A stretch of DNA of 64,000 nt from Marsupella aquatica (GCA_973895155.1 OZ316891.1:10541875-10605874), one strand, 5' to 3'; shown: positions 52,237-63,821, counted from the first letter of the stretch. Notes: a model not told the origin generated them from the letters alone. Made by a program: numbers and translations.

Positions 52237-53434
52237 TCCCGAAGTGAGGGCTCTCCTATCGAAAATGTTGTCCGTCCGTCCGTCCGTCCGAGGGAATAAA
52301 TCGCACGAGACGGGAAGAAAGCGGGTGAGATTCTTAATTTTTGTCTGTTGCTTGTGAGACCCTGATAACCGGGAGGCTCGACTGTCGCAGAGACATTCAA
52401 GTGAACTGCAGGAACGATCATTGCAGAAATTTTAGCGTCAAGTTCAAACATCACTGGACGCTCGAAAAGTCCTTGACAGAGTAATTGTAACGCTCGGATT
52501 TTTGTGATAAGTTTCGACAAAATGCGTAAACTAAGGTAGTAGCGAAAAAAACTGACAGGGTGTGGGTTAGTCGAGCTAAGATTCTATACAGGAGCTTGAG
52601 AAAATGCCTCGACCTGGTTACGACTAATAGAGCTCAGTTACTGATTTGCGGACGACTTGAAGGAAACAGAGTGTTGCTAATAGAGCTCAAAATTGCTGCG
52701 AGGAGCTTTGACAAAATGCTTCAAATACTATCGTAATTGCGAACGATAGACGAATGAAACGAACCCTCTGAAACACCGAGTGAGAGAAGAAGAGACCTCT
52801 GTACAAGATCGCTCCTGAATTTGGACAACTGAAGTTGCATTGAAAGTTCCGCATACTTACATGTGTCAGCATTCTTAGGAAAATAAAAGGCCGCGTTCAC
52901 GCCCAGGGCAGATCGCAAAACGTCAAGGCTTAACAATTCTTCCACTTCCTCGCCAACTAGTCCGGCTTCACCGCCATCGTCAGCTCAAGCTTCCTCAAAC
53001 TGTTCGACAGAATAAAGCGAAGCTCACTTCCACTCTCTCTCCTTCACGACAACGACAGACTCCTGCACCGGCCTGGAACCCTTTACGCCTTTACGGTTCA
53101 CCCTAAACCCCATACCAGCGGGGTAGCCTTGCACTCCTGCCCTGGCACATGCGACAACGTCGATCCGGAAAGAAAAACAGGTGTGCGTCGTGCTACTACC
53201 GTCTCTTCTCTCCCACCTCTCCCAAAGGAGCCCCTCAATCCCTCGTTTCTTCGACCTTCCTCTCTTGAAATCGCCTCGGGAGCAAAAGCCGACCCTCGCT
53301 TACATTCCTTTCGTCGTAATAATACAGTTCTCAGCTCGAGAGAACGAGGTGACGCCCCTTCTTCAGCGCGGCCTGCGTAGCGATGTCATTTTATGTACAG
53401 TATGCGACCGAACAACTCGTTATCTTATCCCTGT

Positions 53435-53683
53435 TCCACAAATGCAACTCCTCGCCGCGACGACGCGGAAAAGCTCAACAATCCGGGTTGTCTTTTCTCG
53501 AGAAGAAAACGACGAGCCACTTCTCCAATTCCGGCTCCACAATCTTCGCACGAACTGATCCACAATTGCAACTCTTCGCCGCGATGGCGCGGAAAAGCTC
53601 AACAATCAGGGTTGTCTTTCTCGATAAGAAACCGATGCAGCCACTTCTCCAATTCCGGCTCCACAATCCTCACACGAATGGTT
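53435..53683. repeat. Tandem repeat, 2 x about 124 bp
   Basis: Units start at 53435 and 53559 (tccacaa.tgcaactc.tcgccgcga...ccggctccacaatc). Confidence 0.88.
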
Positions 53684-53751
53684 CCAACACTGGGATAAAG
53701 GGTTTTCCTGTAGGGTTGTAGGGTTTAGGGTACAGACGTTATAAAGGCGTC

Positions 53752-54098
53752 TCTCTCTAAGTGCACACTCCCAGGGGAAACATACCGTATGCACTAAAGA
53801 GGGGTTTGCACTCCGTGATAACTGCAATCCCATAGAATTGTGCACTTATTGATAAGGCTACACAATTTCTCTCTAAGTGCACACTCCCAGGGGAAGCATA
53901 CCTTATGCCCTAAAGAGGGGTTTGCGCTACGTGATAACTGCAAACCAATAGAATTGTGCAGTTATTGATAAGGCTATACAATTTCTCTCTAACTGCACAC
54001 TCCCAGGGAAGCATACCGTATGCACTAAAGAGGGGTTTGCACTACATGATAACTGCGAACCCATAGAATTGTGCACTTATTGATAAGGCTATACAACT
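53752..54098. repeat. Tandem repeat, 3 x 116 bp
   Basis: Units start at 53752, 53868 and 53984 (tctctctaa.tgcacactcccaggg...gataaggcta.acaa). Confidence 0.92.
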
Positions 54099-55524
54099 TT
54101 TAAGTTACATTAAACCTATCCGTAAACTTAATCCATTGTTCAGTGCACGTTTTTGCTTTTTTTCTCCTAAACTTTGTCAGCCCCTTACTATACGTAAACT
54201 GCCAGCACGTTTCATACATCTTTGAAAAGAGTTCGAACTAGTAGTTAAATTTGACCCAGGTTAATTAACTTTGACTCAATGTAACCATGGGCAAGTCCAG
54301 AGTGCGACACATGTAAGTCTCTAAGTGGATGGGATTTCTTGGAATGGCGTTGATGATTCCAAAGACTTTGGACAATCTTCGACTCTTAATTAAGAATGAA
54401 TGAGAATTGCCCTGCGCTTGCCTTCCGCATCGCTTAATTCCCCTCGCTTGCGGGAGCAGGGAATGATTCAGCAACGGGACTTTAGTAAGTGCTAATTCGA
54501 ATAGAAGCTTGGTAGTGTGATGGAAGTGCAATAGGAAATGCTAATTCGAATAGAAGCTTAATGGCAGTGTGATGGAAGCGCAATAGGAATTGAGATCAAG
54601 AGGAACCTGACTGCAGACGTACATCAAAATTGATTCATCCTGATTTGCACAAAGCAAGCAATTGGTAAATTTTGATCCGCTGGCTAGTAGCAAGTTTATG
54701 TACGTGAAACTCAATCGCATTGAACACCGCAGTGGCTGAATGGTTTTCCTGGATGAATCCGACAAGTGGAACTTACTTTATTCTCGTTTACTAAAGAAAT
54801 TCTTGTTATACCTGAGTGAGGACTTCATAATAGTTTCAATGTTTGCTGGTTTCCATATGAAAGGTCGCTTTCACCCCCGCTTTCACCAATGGATTGGAAT
54901 CAAACTTTTGTTTACTGACGCAAAGACAAAACACTTTGGGGAGCCTAGTCCAGACAAAAGGAATCAGTCTGTCTGTTAATTTGTTGCATTTGAGAGGATT
55001 TCTCTGGCGGAAAGATATTCTCGTAAGGGAACAAACTGAAAACACTTTTGTAAGGGCTCAGCTGGATGCAATCATCATTGCTTGGTGTTACTTCTTGGAA
55101 TCTTTTTTGCTTTGCTGTTTCCGTGGATTTTTCAAAGACAAACTCTTACATGAACAAAACTGCCTTTTAGATAAGATACGAGTTTTTTAATACTTTATGA
55201 TGAATGTTCATTGTTGGTCTGTGCAGCAAAAGACACTTGCCAGCTTACATGGATTCGGACTATTGAGGCTATTCGGATGTCTGGCGGAAGGGAATGGACT
55301 AATGTAGATGCACAGGTACAGTAGTTGTCTAAAGTGCAAGTCACACTATCAATTTAGTGCTTAGGATTTTCCCTTCTCACTGTTGTCGTCCGCAGCAACT
55401 GTAGCACCACCATCAATGGACTGTTGAGTCCAGCACTAAGCAATTTTCTGAAGCAAGTAGTTCTCAAGGTTTGGAGTTACCCTTGACTAACACTTTACTT
55501 GTTTTGCCAGGTGTTAGTGTGACT

Positions 55525-56685
55525 ATGGATCATGATTATGATTCAGACTCTTCTTCTTCTAGTGATGAAGAAGAGTGGGATTGGTTGGAGTGTCAATTTT
55601 TATTGCTTATGGCATGCTTACTTGCGGCTATTAGCAGTCATGAGTATTTTGACCCCACTGAGTTTTTGTTAGAGGGTCGGAGTTGGGTGAACCCTGACCT
55701 TGGGGTGCATGACCGGTTGGGTCGTATGCAAGCAATGCCTGACTATTTTAAGACCCTCACAAACTTCAGCATTAGTGAGTTTGAGGAGTTATGTGGATTG
55801 GTTGTGCCAACGATAACAGATCATGCACGACATACAGGCATTCTTCGGAAGCCTGGAGGACGACCAAACAAGTTGGATCCTGCCCAACGATTACTCAGCT
55901 TCATTGTTTATATGAAGCACGCAAACTCTGTTGCACTTGATGCATTTGAGTGGAACTGGTCAAAGTCCTCATTGTGTGATGATGCACTTTTCATAGCTTC
56001 TTGCCTCAATGATGCAATTTGCAATGAAATTCATTGGCCAACTCCTCTTGAGAGGAGAGAGCTGGCAACAATGATTCCTGAGTTCCCTGGTTGTGTCGGT
56101 ATCATTGATGGCACCTTGGTGAAAATCAGGAGACCAAAGGATTCAGGTAGACAGAAGATCTACTTCAATGGACGCAAGAAGATGCACTCAATGAACAACA
56201 CCATCATTGTTGATCATCACGGATTGATTACTCATTTGGACTTGGGATATCCAGGGTCCATGCACGACTCGTCAATACTGAAGTACTCTGAGATCGATCA
56301 GAACTGGAGGCAGTTTTTTGTTCATGATCCTCCACAGATCGAGTTTTTATTAGGAGACCCTGGTTATATTGGAAATGATAAGTACATAGTGAGACGCATT
56401 GGCAAGAAGGAGATTGCCCCAACAGCAGACTTACCGGCAATCAGAGCATATAACAAGTTACACGCTGGTTACCGTGTTCACGTGGAATGGGGCATTGGAG
56501 GAATCAAGAGAAAGTGGCGGAGACTGAGCACAAGATTCGACTGTACGAAGAAGAAGTTTGTTGTTTTGTTTTATGCTGCAGCTTTACTTACTAACTTCCT
56601 TCTTCGGCGATGGCGGGATTACACCATGCACGTTGCTGAAGACAGGGAAGGTGGGAGGCATGGAGGATGGGATGGCGACTACTAG
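55525..56685 (+). CDS. DDE transposase, DDE_Tnp_4 / IS5-Harbinger type, 386 aa
   Basis: ATG follows the acceptor ttttgccag. HTH region GRPNKLDPAQRLLSFIVYMKH; catalytic IIDGT, PGSMHDS, LLGDPGY and RVHVEWGIGGIKRKW motifs are all intact. Confidence 0.93.
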   Translation: MDHDYDSDSSSSSDEEEWDWLECQFLLLMACLLAAISSHEYFDPTEFLLEGRSWVNPDLGVHDRLGRMQAMPDYFKTLTNFSISEFEELCGLVVPTITDHARHTGILRKPGGRPNKLDPAQRLLSFIVYMKHANSVALDAFEWNWSKSSLCDDALFIASCLNDAICNEIHWPTPLERRELATMIPEFPGCVGIIDGTLVKIRRPKDSGRQKIYFNGRKKMHSMNNTIIVDHHGLITHLDLGYPGSMHDSSILKYSEIDQNWRQFFVHDPPQIEFLLGDPGYIGNDKYIVRRIGKKEIAPTADLPAIRAYNKLHAGYRVHVEWGIGGIKRKWRRLSTRFDCTKKKFVVLFYAAALLTNFLLRRWRDYTMHVAEDREGGRHGGWDGDY

Positions 56686-57452
56686 GTCCTGAGAAGATGA
56701 CAATAGTCCTGAAAAGCAGGAGGATCAGCGACAAGTAGAATCATCAAGTCTCTAAGCGTCATCATTAGTGGACAGCTGAAAGTCTAGACTAGAGCAATAG
56801 GGATAGTAGCAATAGGCACTGTAGTCTGAATCCTGAGACTTAGTGCCCGAGGGACCCACCTCTTCTTGCAGGACCAAACTCTTCATTGTTGACATCTCTT
56901 GCACATAAATCCACCAACCAATGGATTCCAATAAACAATGAACACATTCCCTGTGTGGACAAAGTCAATTAAGACCATTTCAACCTTACAAATTGCAATT
57001 TCTGCTACTTGTGCGTTCGTTACAAAATTCAGGAGTCCTCTATGATGAGACAAAATAAGAAGCCAACATAAATTACAGAGAATAAATGGCTGGTTGATTT
57101 CATCTTCAATTTCAGAAACTTTAATCACAAACCGTCTCTTGTGCCAGCAAACTTTCTCAATGCTTTCTCAATGCACTTTGCTCCTAGTATGCACATTCTC
57201 AACTCAATCATTTGTTATGAACAAGAACACATTGCAGAAAGCTAAAGATTATTTATATTTATTTTCCAAAGTTCCAAATGTCACATAGGCTACATAATAC
57301 TCTGAAGTTCACTAAGGCTAGAGTCAAAATAACTACTTCACTATTTTTCTCCAAAAGGTAGCTATGTGTAACTTTATGAAATCGCTGGAATACATGGTCA
57401 AAAACAGTGCTATCATCATCTATGCTACTCAACATGGAGACGTACTGCTGAT

Positions 57453-58415
57453 TCAGAACTTTAAGATTCGTTTAAGCCTCTCCTTAAACTGATTTTCATC
57501 AAGGAGCCCATGTTCCTTTGCTTCCTTCAATAGCACAAGTTCGTGTTTAGCCCGTTTGGCATCCATCAGCAAACCTTGCCTGTCAGTAGCATCCTGAAAG
57601 TTCTTGGCAATTGAACAAACAGCATCTGCTTGTTTGTGAAGCATATCTGCCTTCGTTGGTCTGTGACTATCGGCACTTGAATTTGTGGTAGCCTGTGTGG
57701 GTCTAGGCTGTGTCTGTGATGCCTGGCCTATACCTTGTGCTGCTGGAATTGGAGTTCTTGGCCCAGAAAATAGGGTAGCTGGTGCTGATGCTACCCTGGT
57801 CAATGGTGTAGGACCATGAGCACCTGGACCACGAGTAGCACCCATGGAAGGATTGCGATCAGCTGAAGTTGAAACAACATCAACAAATCCTCGCCTGAGC
57901 CTTAAAATATTCCTGGTGGCTGAGCAATCAGTCGCCCTGACCTCAGAGGCAATAATTTCATCTTGCAGTACAGGTGTATGGCCGACATCTGCAATTCCTG
58001 TATTCAATTCAGCCAGCTGCTCTCTAAGATGCTTCCTAAGTGTATCTTCCTCAAATCCAACATTGGGAAATAAAGGCAAGAAGTGCTCACGGTAGACCTT
58101 TACCCAGACCTTTTTAGGAATCATTTGTTTGGGCGCCCGTTTCTTCCCTCGACAAAAAATAGAAAACTCATGTCTGTAAGCTTTGACAAGTTGAATCATC
58201 TGAAATTCGTCAACAATTGCACGAGAAGTTGGATTTGGTTTCGCCTTCTTTAGTGGCCTCTGTGGAATCTGCTTTTGAGGGCCCACTTGTTGAGGGGCTA
58301 CCACTGCTGCCTCCTCATATCCGGCCCCATCCACGTCCTCCTCTGACTCAGATCCGTTCTCCTCCTCAGATCCTGACTGGAATTCATCATAATCCAATGA
58401 AGGCGGAGCACTCAT
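57453..58415 (-). CDS. Transposon accessory protein (320 aa): acidic N-terminus, Myb/SANT-trihelix-like region, SHOCT-like C-terminus
   Basis: Lies inside the TIRs, convergent with the transposase; likely start MSAPP after the acceptor ttttgcag. Helical pattern FQMIQLVKAY...KKVWVKVY...EDTLRKHLRE; C-terminus ELVLLKEAKEHGLLDENQFKERLKRILKF. Domain names are by pattern only. Confidence 0.75.
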   Translation of the reverse strand: MSAPPSLDYDEFQSGSEEENGSESEEDVDGAGYEEAAVVAPQQVGPQKQIPQRPLKKAKPNPTSRAIVDEFQMIQLVKAYRHEFSIFCRGKKRAPKQMIPKKVWVKVYREHFLPLFPNVGFEEDTLRKHLREQLAELNTGIADVGHTPVLQDEIIASEVRATDCSATRNILRLRRGFVDVVSTSADRNPSMGATRGPGAHGPTPLTRVASAPATLFSGPRTPIPAAQGIGQASQTQPRPTQATTNSSADSHRPTKADMLHKQADAVCSIAKNFQDATDRQGLLMDAKRAKHELVLLKEAKEHGLLDENQFKERLKRILKF

Positions 58416-59960
58416 TATTTGAATTCTACCTCCACCATGTGAGATCCTGTCTACCCTGCTAGCTGCAAAATACAACATGTCAAAGCCTAGATTTAGTACT
58501 TAGACAGAAGCTACAAAGTCAAGCTTGGATTCAACCGACATGCCATAGAAAATGAGTACTTAATTAAGTAAACAAAGAGTACCGAGAGTCCAAAGTTTGT
58601 GAACTGTAGCAAGAGTAGGCCCCAAGATTCTTGAGCTAACCACTAAAGTGAAGTGAGTGCTTCAGAGTAGCCAGAGTAGGGCCCAAAGATTCTGCTTATC
58701 TTTTGTCATTCAGTCAAGCTACAGCGAGAGAGTTTTCTAGATTAATGATTAGTTGTTCAGTTTTCCAAAAAAATCCATTTCGAGACGGCTCCATCCAGCA
58801 AGAGTTTTTTAATTTGATCACGGACACCGAGACAGACACACTCCGCTAGCTAGACACGTGATTCATGATAGGTCCTACTTTGTGCACCAAGAAAGAGAAA
58901 GACCTCCTGTGTCTACCAATTGCAATCCCATGATACTCAAACTGGACAACGGATACTCAAAGTGAACCTTTCCACAGACAGCCAAATAGCGCAAAAAATG
59001 CACCAATGGTAGCCAAATTGAAGGAAAACAATTCAATCATCTAGCCATGCACCTGAACCAGATTGAGTATATTCTACCTGTGCTTGGATCCATAGCTTCA
59101 ATCTTGCTCTCGCGCTCGCTTTTCTTCCCGTCGCTCATCAGCTCTCAAAGAAAGCCATTGCGGGGCCCGGTCGCTCATCAGCTCCTGATCCCAAAGAAAG
59201 CCAGTGCAGGGCCCGGGAGGAGAAGAGGGGAACAACTGAACGATGCCCTAATTTCATACTCTAACCCGAGTCAACAAACTAAGGTTAACTTTTGCGAAAG
59301 TTTTTTTGAGTAAATTTGGTCCGAAAAAAAGTTTCGTGCGGCATTGGATTGTGGGAAAATGTTGATGCTTAATTTTGGATTCCGTGCACCAATTTTTGCT
59401 CATCGCGCACGACTGGTCCAGGGTTAGACCAGTTTACGGATAGGTTTATTGTCACTAAAATTGTTCAAATTTACAAGGTTGTCATTGTTTTTATTGTACT
59501 AGCCCCGATTACCTGTTCTTTGAACATGAATAGCGGGAGGACAATAAAAATGTCACCAAAATATATTCCTTATTCATATGTTTTGAAGGTTAATGAAATG
59601 ATAAAAATATTATCATGCATATCATCATTTTAATAATCATATATACCATATCATAGTACTCTTTTCTATGCACATCCCACTTTCAGTTTTTCTATCCCAC
59701 ATCCCACTTATGCACATATAATATGGTGGGGCCATAAAGATCAGTTTTTAATATAAATAGAAATCATAAAAAAATGCAGTCGTGATTATCATTGGACATA
59801 ACATACATTATAGACATGAGTTTTCTCATCCACATGATGAGCCATGGAGTTATGGTCTAAAGGTTTCACTCTAAAAGCCTAGACCCCAACTCTAGCTTGT
59901 AGTTTGGAGATTTATAAGTGAGATTAACAAATATGTCACCCTTTTTGTACATAGTTCCCG

Positions 59961-60233
59961 TTAGGGGGTTTTACTTCCACAAAAATGATACATCACTTAC
60001 AACAAATGATAAGGTTATTTTATTTGTTCTAAGGAAAGACTTTAATTTTTTTGTGTCTTTAAATTCAATTTTTGAAACTTATAAGAACATTAGGGTCTTT
60101 TTAATCAAAATTATTTTAGAATATTCCAATTTTGTAGGGGTTTAAAAATAATCATTTTTCTTATATTTTAGGGGGTCGAAAGCCAAAAACGTCACAAGTG
60201 ATGGGGAGGTCTCCATATAGTGAGACCCCCAAG
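59961..60233 (+). mobile_element. MITE family A copy
   Basis: Colinear with 10546-10842 (ttagggggttttacttccacaaaaatga...catatagtgagacccccaag). TSD not recognisable. Confidence 0.88.
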
Positions 60234-60324
60234 GCCTGGGCAGGTTGAATGAATTGGTGGAGGTTAGTTTCATCAAGGAAAAAACATTCTTAAACTGCAG
60301 TGGCCTTCTTATAAGTGCCCCTAA

Positions 60325-60888
60325 GAGCATCTCCAACAGTTTTGCGGTCATTGACGGCTACCCTATTGAATAGCCTGGGAAAGTACCGGCCATTTTAAGA
60401 AGTCGGGTAGCGACCAAAATCCGTAACCCCACCGCTTCCACCCCAAAGTTGACCACCATTCTCTGACCTAACGTTTGAACCCTTCAAGTTGTGGTTCAAA
60501 CCACCCTCAAGCCGAGCCTGCCTGTGCTGAATTCATCACTTTCTACCACGAAACCATTGAAGAAAAGAATGTAGAGACTTTCGACCTTCTTCACAGAATG
60601 GGAACTTCGCCCTTTGCCCTTCTGATCCTGGACAGATTGAGCTTCACGATTGTGTATTCGAAGTGCTCTCACATTCTGCCACGTGGGCTGCCGGTGGCCA
60701 TCGATGCCTTGTCTCTAACATAGAATGCCGATCTCCTTTGAGGGCGTGGCAGGCACGCAGATAATAGACATTGAGCCTCCAAACTTTTGGAGGTTGTGGG
60801 GTATGGTGGGTGATTGAATCTGCAAAAATGGCCGCTGTATGGATATTTGGTGGATAGGGTGTACAAAACCACACCATTGGAGATGCTC
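60325..60888. mobile_element. Tourist-like (PIF/Harbinger) MITE, 564 bp
   Basis: TIRs GAGCATCTCCAA and TTGGAGATGCTC, with TAA TSD at 60322-24 and 60889-91. Confidence 0.92.
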
Positions 60889-61534
60889 TAAAGAGTCCCA
60901 AATTGGATTTTATGACCCAGGGTTTGGCTAGCAAGCGACTAGGTTTGCTAGCAAAGGGGGCTTTATCACTCAAATAAGAATTTTACTCTTTGCTGGCAGG
61001 ATGAAAAGCCAGAATTTAGTCACAATATGCCATCCATGCCCCACCATAACATATTGTGAGCTCCATAGCCCCACAGTAACATATGTGCATAGAAACCAAT
61101 GGTATTTTATGTATGATTATTAAATTGATAACATGCATGATAATTTTTTTTATCATTTAATTAATCTTCAAAATATATGAATAAAGAATATGGAATCACA
61201 CTATTCATGTTCAAAGAATGTGGAATCGGTGTTAATTATGTCATTAAAATACAAGTTTCCCTGGATCCCACTTGAACTTGGAATCCTATGCCAGCAAACA
61301 GTTCGAGTTGAAGATCCTATTTGAGCTTACAGCCTCGTCAAATCTCACCGACCTAATCATGATTATAACAAAAGTTTAAGTGCAAGTAACGATCATCAAC
61401 TGACCTGGACATCTACTATAGGGCCCGATGCCCGAATCTTCTCGGGCAGCCCGCAGCGCGTACAGCTGCCAACTCTTCACCCGGCAGCCCTTGCGAAGGG
61501 TTTTTGGGCAGCCACAGCCTGACAGCAGCAAGTC

Positions 61535-61579
61535 CGGGCACTCGGGCAGGACAGTATAATTATGCTGCCCGAGTGCCCG
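61535..61579. repeat. Perfect 15-bp GC-rich inverted repeat with a 15-nt AT-rich loop, upstream of the kelch gene
   Basis: cgggcactcgggcag-gacagtataattatg-ctgcccgagtgcccg. Confidence 0.85.
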
Positions 61580-62375
61580 ATAGCGGGGAGATGTTTATTT
61601 TTGAATTATCAGTCACATCCCTATCATCACGTCACGTCACCTGAGGTCACGTTGCGGGCAGCCAGCGGGCCCGCGTGGCATGGCGTCAGTGGTGGGCCTT
61701 ACCTGACTCCACTCCTTTGTCTCTTTTTCTCCCGGGCGGGGCTGAGTTGAACGGGCTGCGCGGGACGGCGGGGCCGGGCAGGTACTCGGCTCCGCGTCGG
61801 CCAAACAATTTGTCCGCGAGAATGGGAGGAGAGAGTACCGTAGTAGTGGAGAGAAGGCAACAAAGAGAAGGAAAGAAGAAGCGCAGCTATGGAAGACGAT
61901 TTCAACGATCTTTTCGGTGGGGAACACGGCCATTGGTGAGCACAGAACTCTCCACAGGGGTCGCACTACTGTAGACCTGAACATCGCACTCCTGTAGACC
62001 TGAACACCGCGGCAGTGATGAACCATTTTGCTCCTCGTCTACGTGATTTTTGACGAGCTTTTGGCCCTCCTGTGCACTGGTTTTGGCTCGTCGCCGAGAA
62101 GGACGGGAGAGCTTTGGATCCGTTGAGCGTCTCGAAGTGCCTTGATCAGCAGCGCTGTGAGTTATCAAGGGTGGAGGAGAGAGAGGGCTCGCCGGAATTC
62201 ACGTTGTGAGTTTGTTCTGAGTTTGTTCGGTCGCGGAGAGGAAAAGCCTCTGGACATGTGAAGAGTTTCGGAGGGGTGCGTGGTGATTATCTCGGCGCTC
62301 TGGGTTTGTTCGTGTCGGTGAAGTGGAGGGAGAGATTATTGAGAAGGAGAGAGGGAGCAAAGGTGGGAGGAAATA

Positions 62376-63821
62376 ATGAAGTGGGAGAGAGTGCAAGTGA
62401 AGTATAGGGCGAGAGAGACACCGGAGAAGATACCCAAGGCGAGGAGAGGAGGGGCGCATGGGCCGGGAAGAAAATGGGGTCATACGTGCAATGCGGTGAA
62501 GAAAGGGCGATTGCTTTACGTGTTTGGAGGCTATGGCCGGGACGACTGCCAAACCAATGATGTCCATGTCTTTGACACAAGTGAGTGCTACACTTGTACT
62601 TAGTCCAGAGCCTTGTTGAAAAAGCTTCACAGCTCAGTCGACTGGAGAGGGTTTTGAGTAAAACCCTATGACTATTTTACGTCTGGTTTCCTCGGACGCT
62701 CCCGGAAATGTCCACCTTTGTCACGATTTTTGTCTAAATTCTGCGGAGGTTGTTCCTTGTTGTGAACTGTTCGTTGGCCTCGACTGTTCTTTACTGGGCG
62801 CTTGACTAGGAAATGAGTTCCGTTGAGCTCCCCCTACGTTCTCTAGTGCCAGATGTTTGTGGTCTTTACTGTTACTAGATTATCTGAAGCTTTCAGCCTG
62901 TCATTTGAGAAACTCACGGGCCATTGAGCGACATTCCCTGCTTTACAATTAGGGTTAGGGTTTAACCAGATGGGGTTGGAGGACAGGTTCGCAATATTTG
63001 GCCCATGGAGAAGCCTGCATTGGGCTAATTTTTATTTTTGAAACGGTTCCCGATCTTCTCGTTCCGTTCAACAAAGTCGTAAACTTAATGGGGTTCGTGC
63101 TTGCGAAAAGTCAGTAAACTGACGGAAAATAATTTTCTTCTGTACAGAGTTCTGTTGTTGTTTGTGGGTCGTAGTTGCGTATTGGCTCATATGAGTGTCT
63201 CTGCATTTGCTTTCAGCCTTTTTAATATATATTTTAATAACTTCTTTAAAACGAAGAACTTCACCGTCCGTTACACTGCGTGTTCATGTTACGGCTTCCC
63301 GTGGCATGATTTCAGTCCCACATCAATTTATGCATGGTTTTGCATTTGTGTCTTTCCTTCGAGCTGGCAGGTGTCACTCCGAGAATGCTCTGGACGAAGT
63401 TTCCAAATCTGTGTATATATTCGTGACTTTACTGACTGTCTTCTCCTTTGTCGGGACTTTCGATGGGTAGTGTTGAGGGTGGTTAGTGTTTTACCTTCGG
63501 AGAGAAGAGGACACCACCAGTTTCCAAATGCGCTGCATTTACTTGAAGGGTTTTTGATTGCGACTGGAGGGAGTTTTGGACTGTAGGAATCTGAGGCTGT
63601 TTTCTCAGTGTGGATTGGCAGGATTATTCATTATTTATGACGTTTCTGTTTCTATTTATTCTTTGACTCAGCCAAGCAGATGTGGAGCAAGCCGATGGTT
63701 AAGGGTACTCCTCCCTCTCCCCGTGATAGTCATACGTGCACTACAGTGGGACACAGACTCTTTGTGTTCGGTGGAACTGATGGCAGCAGCCCTTTGAAGG
63801 ATCTCCACATACTTGATACAG
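62376..63821 (+). CDS. Kelch-repeat (galactose oxidase/kelch) protein; exons 62376-62580 and 63672-63821, continues beyond the window
   Basis: GPGRKWGHTCNAV...LYVFGGYG...NDVHVFDT, spliced in phase 1 to KQMWSKPMVKGTPPSPRDSHTCTTVGHRLFVFGGTDG...DLHILDT. Confidence 0.92.

Larger units (their letters stand above)
54104..59455. mobile_element. Apparently intact autonomous PHIS/Harbinger-type DNA transposon (5352 bp) with two convergent genes
   Basis: TAA TSD at 54101-03 and 59456-58. 25-bp TIRs GTTACATTAAACCTATCCGTAAACT and GTGACAATAAACCTATCCGTAAACT (23/25). Both ORFs are uninterrupted. Confidence 0.92.
59502..61232. mobile_element. Non-autonomous element with long (about 150-230 bp) imperfect TIRs, TA-flanked, carrying two nested MITEs
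   Basis: ccgatt...ttctttgaacatgaatag...ttattcatat.ttttgaag.ttaat.aaatgataaaaa..ttatcatgcat...ttaataatcata at 59505-59642 is the reverse complement of about 61110-61229; a further match links about 59710-35 to about 61065-90. Confidence 0.75.

Noticed and set aside
57453-58478. ORF-track starts at 58478 (partner ORF) and 55471 (transposase)
   Set aside because: Both lie upstream of clear intron acceptors (ttttgcag, ttttgccag), so ATGs at 58415 and 55525 were preferred.
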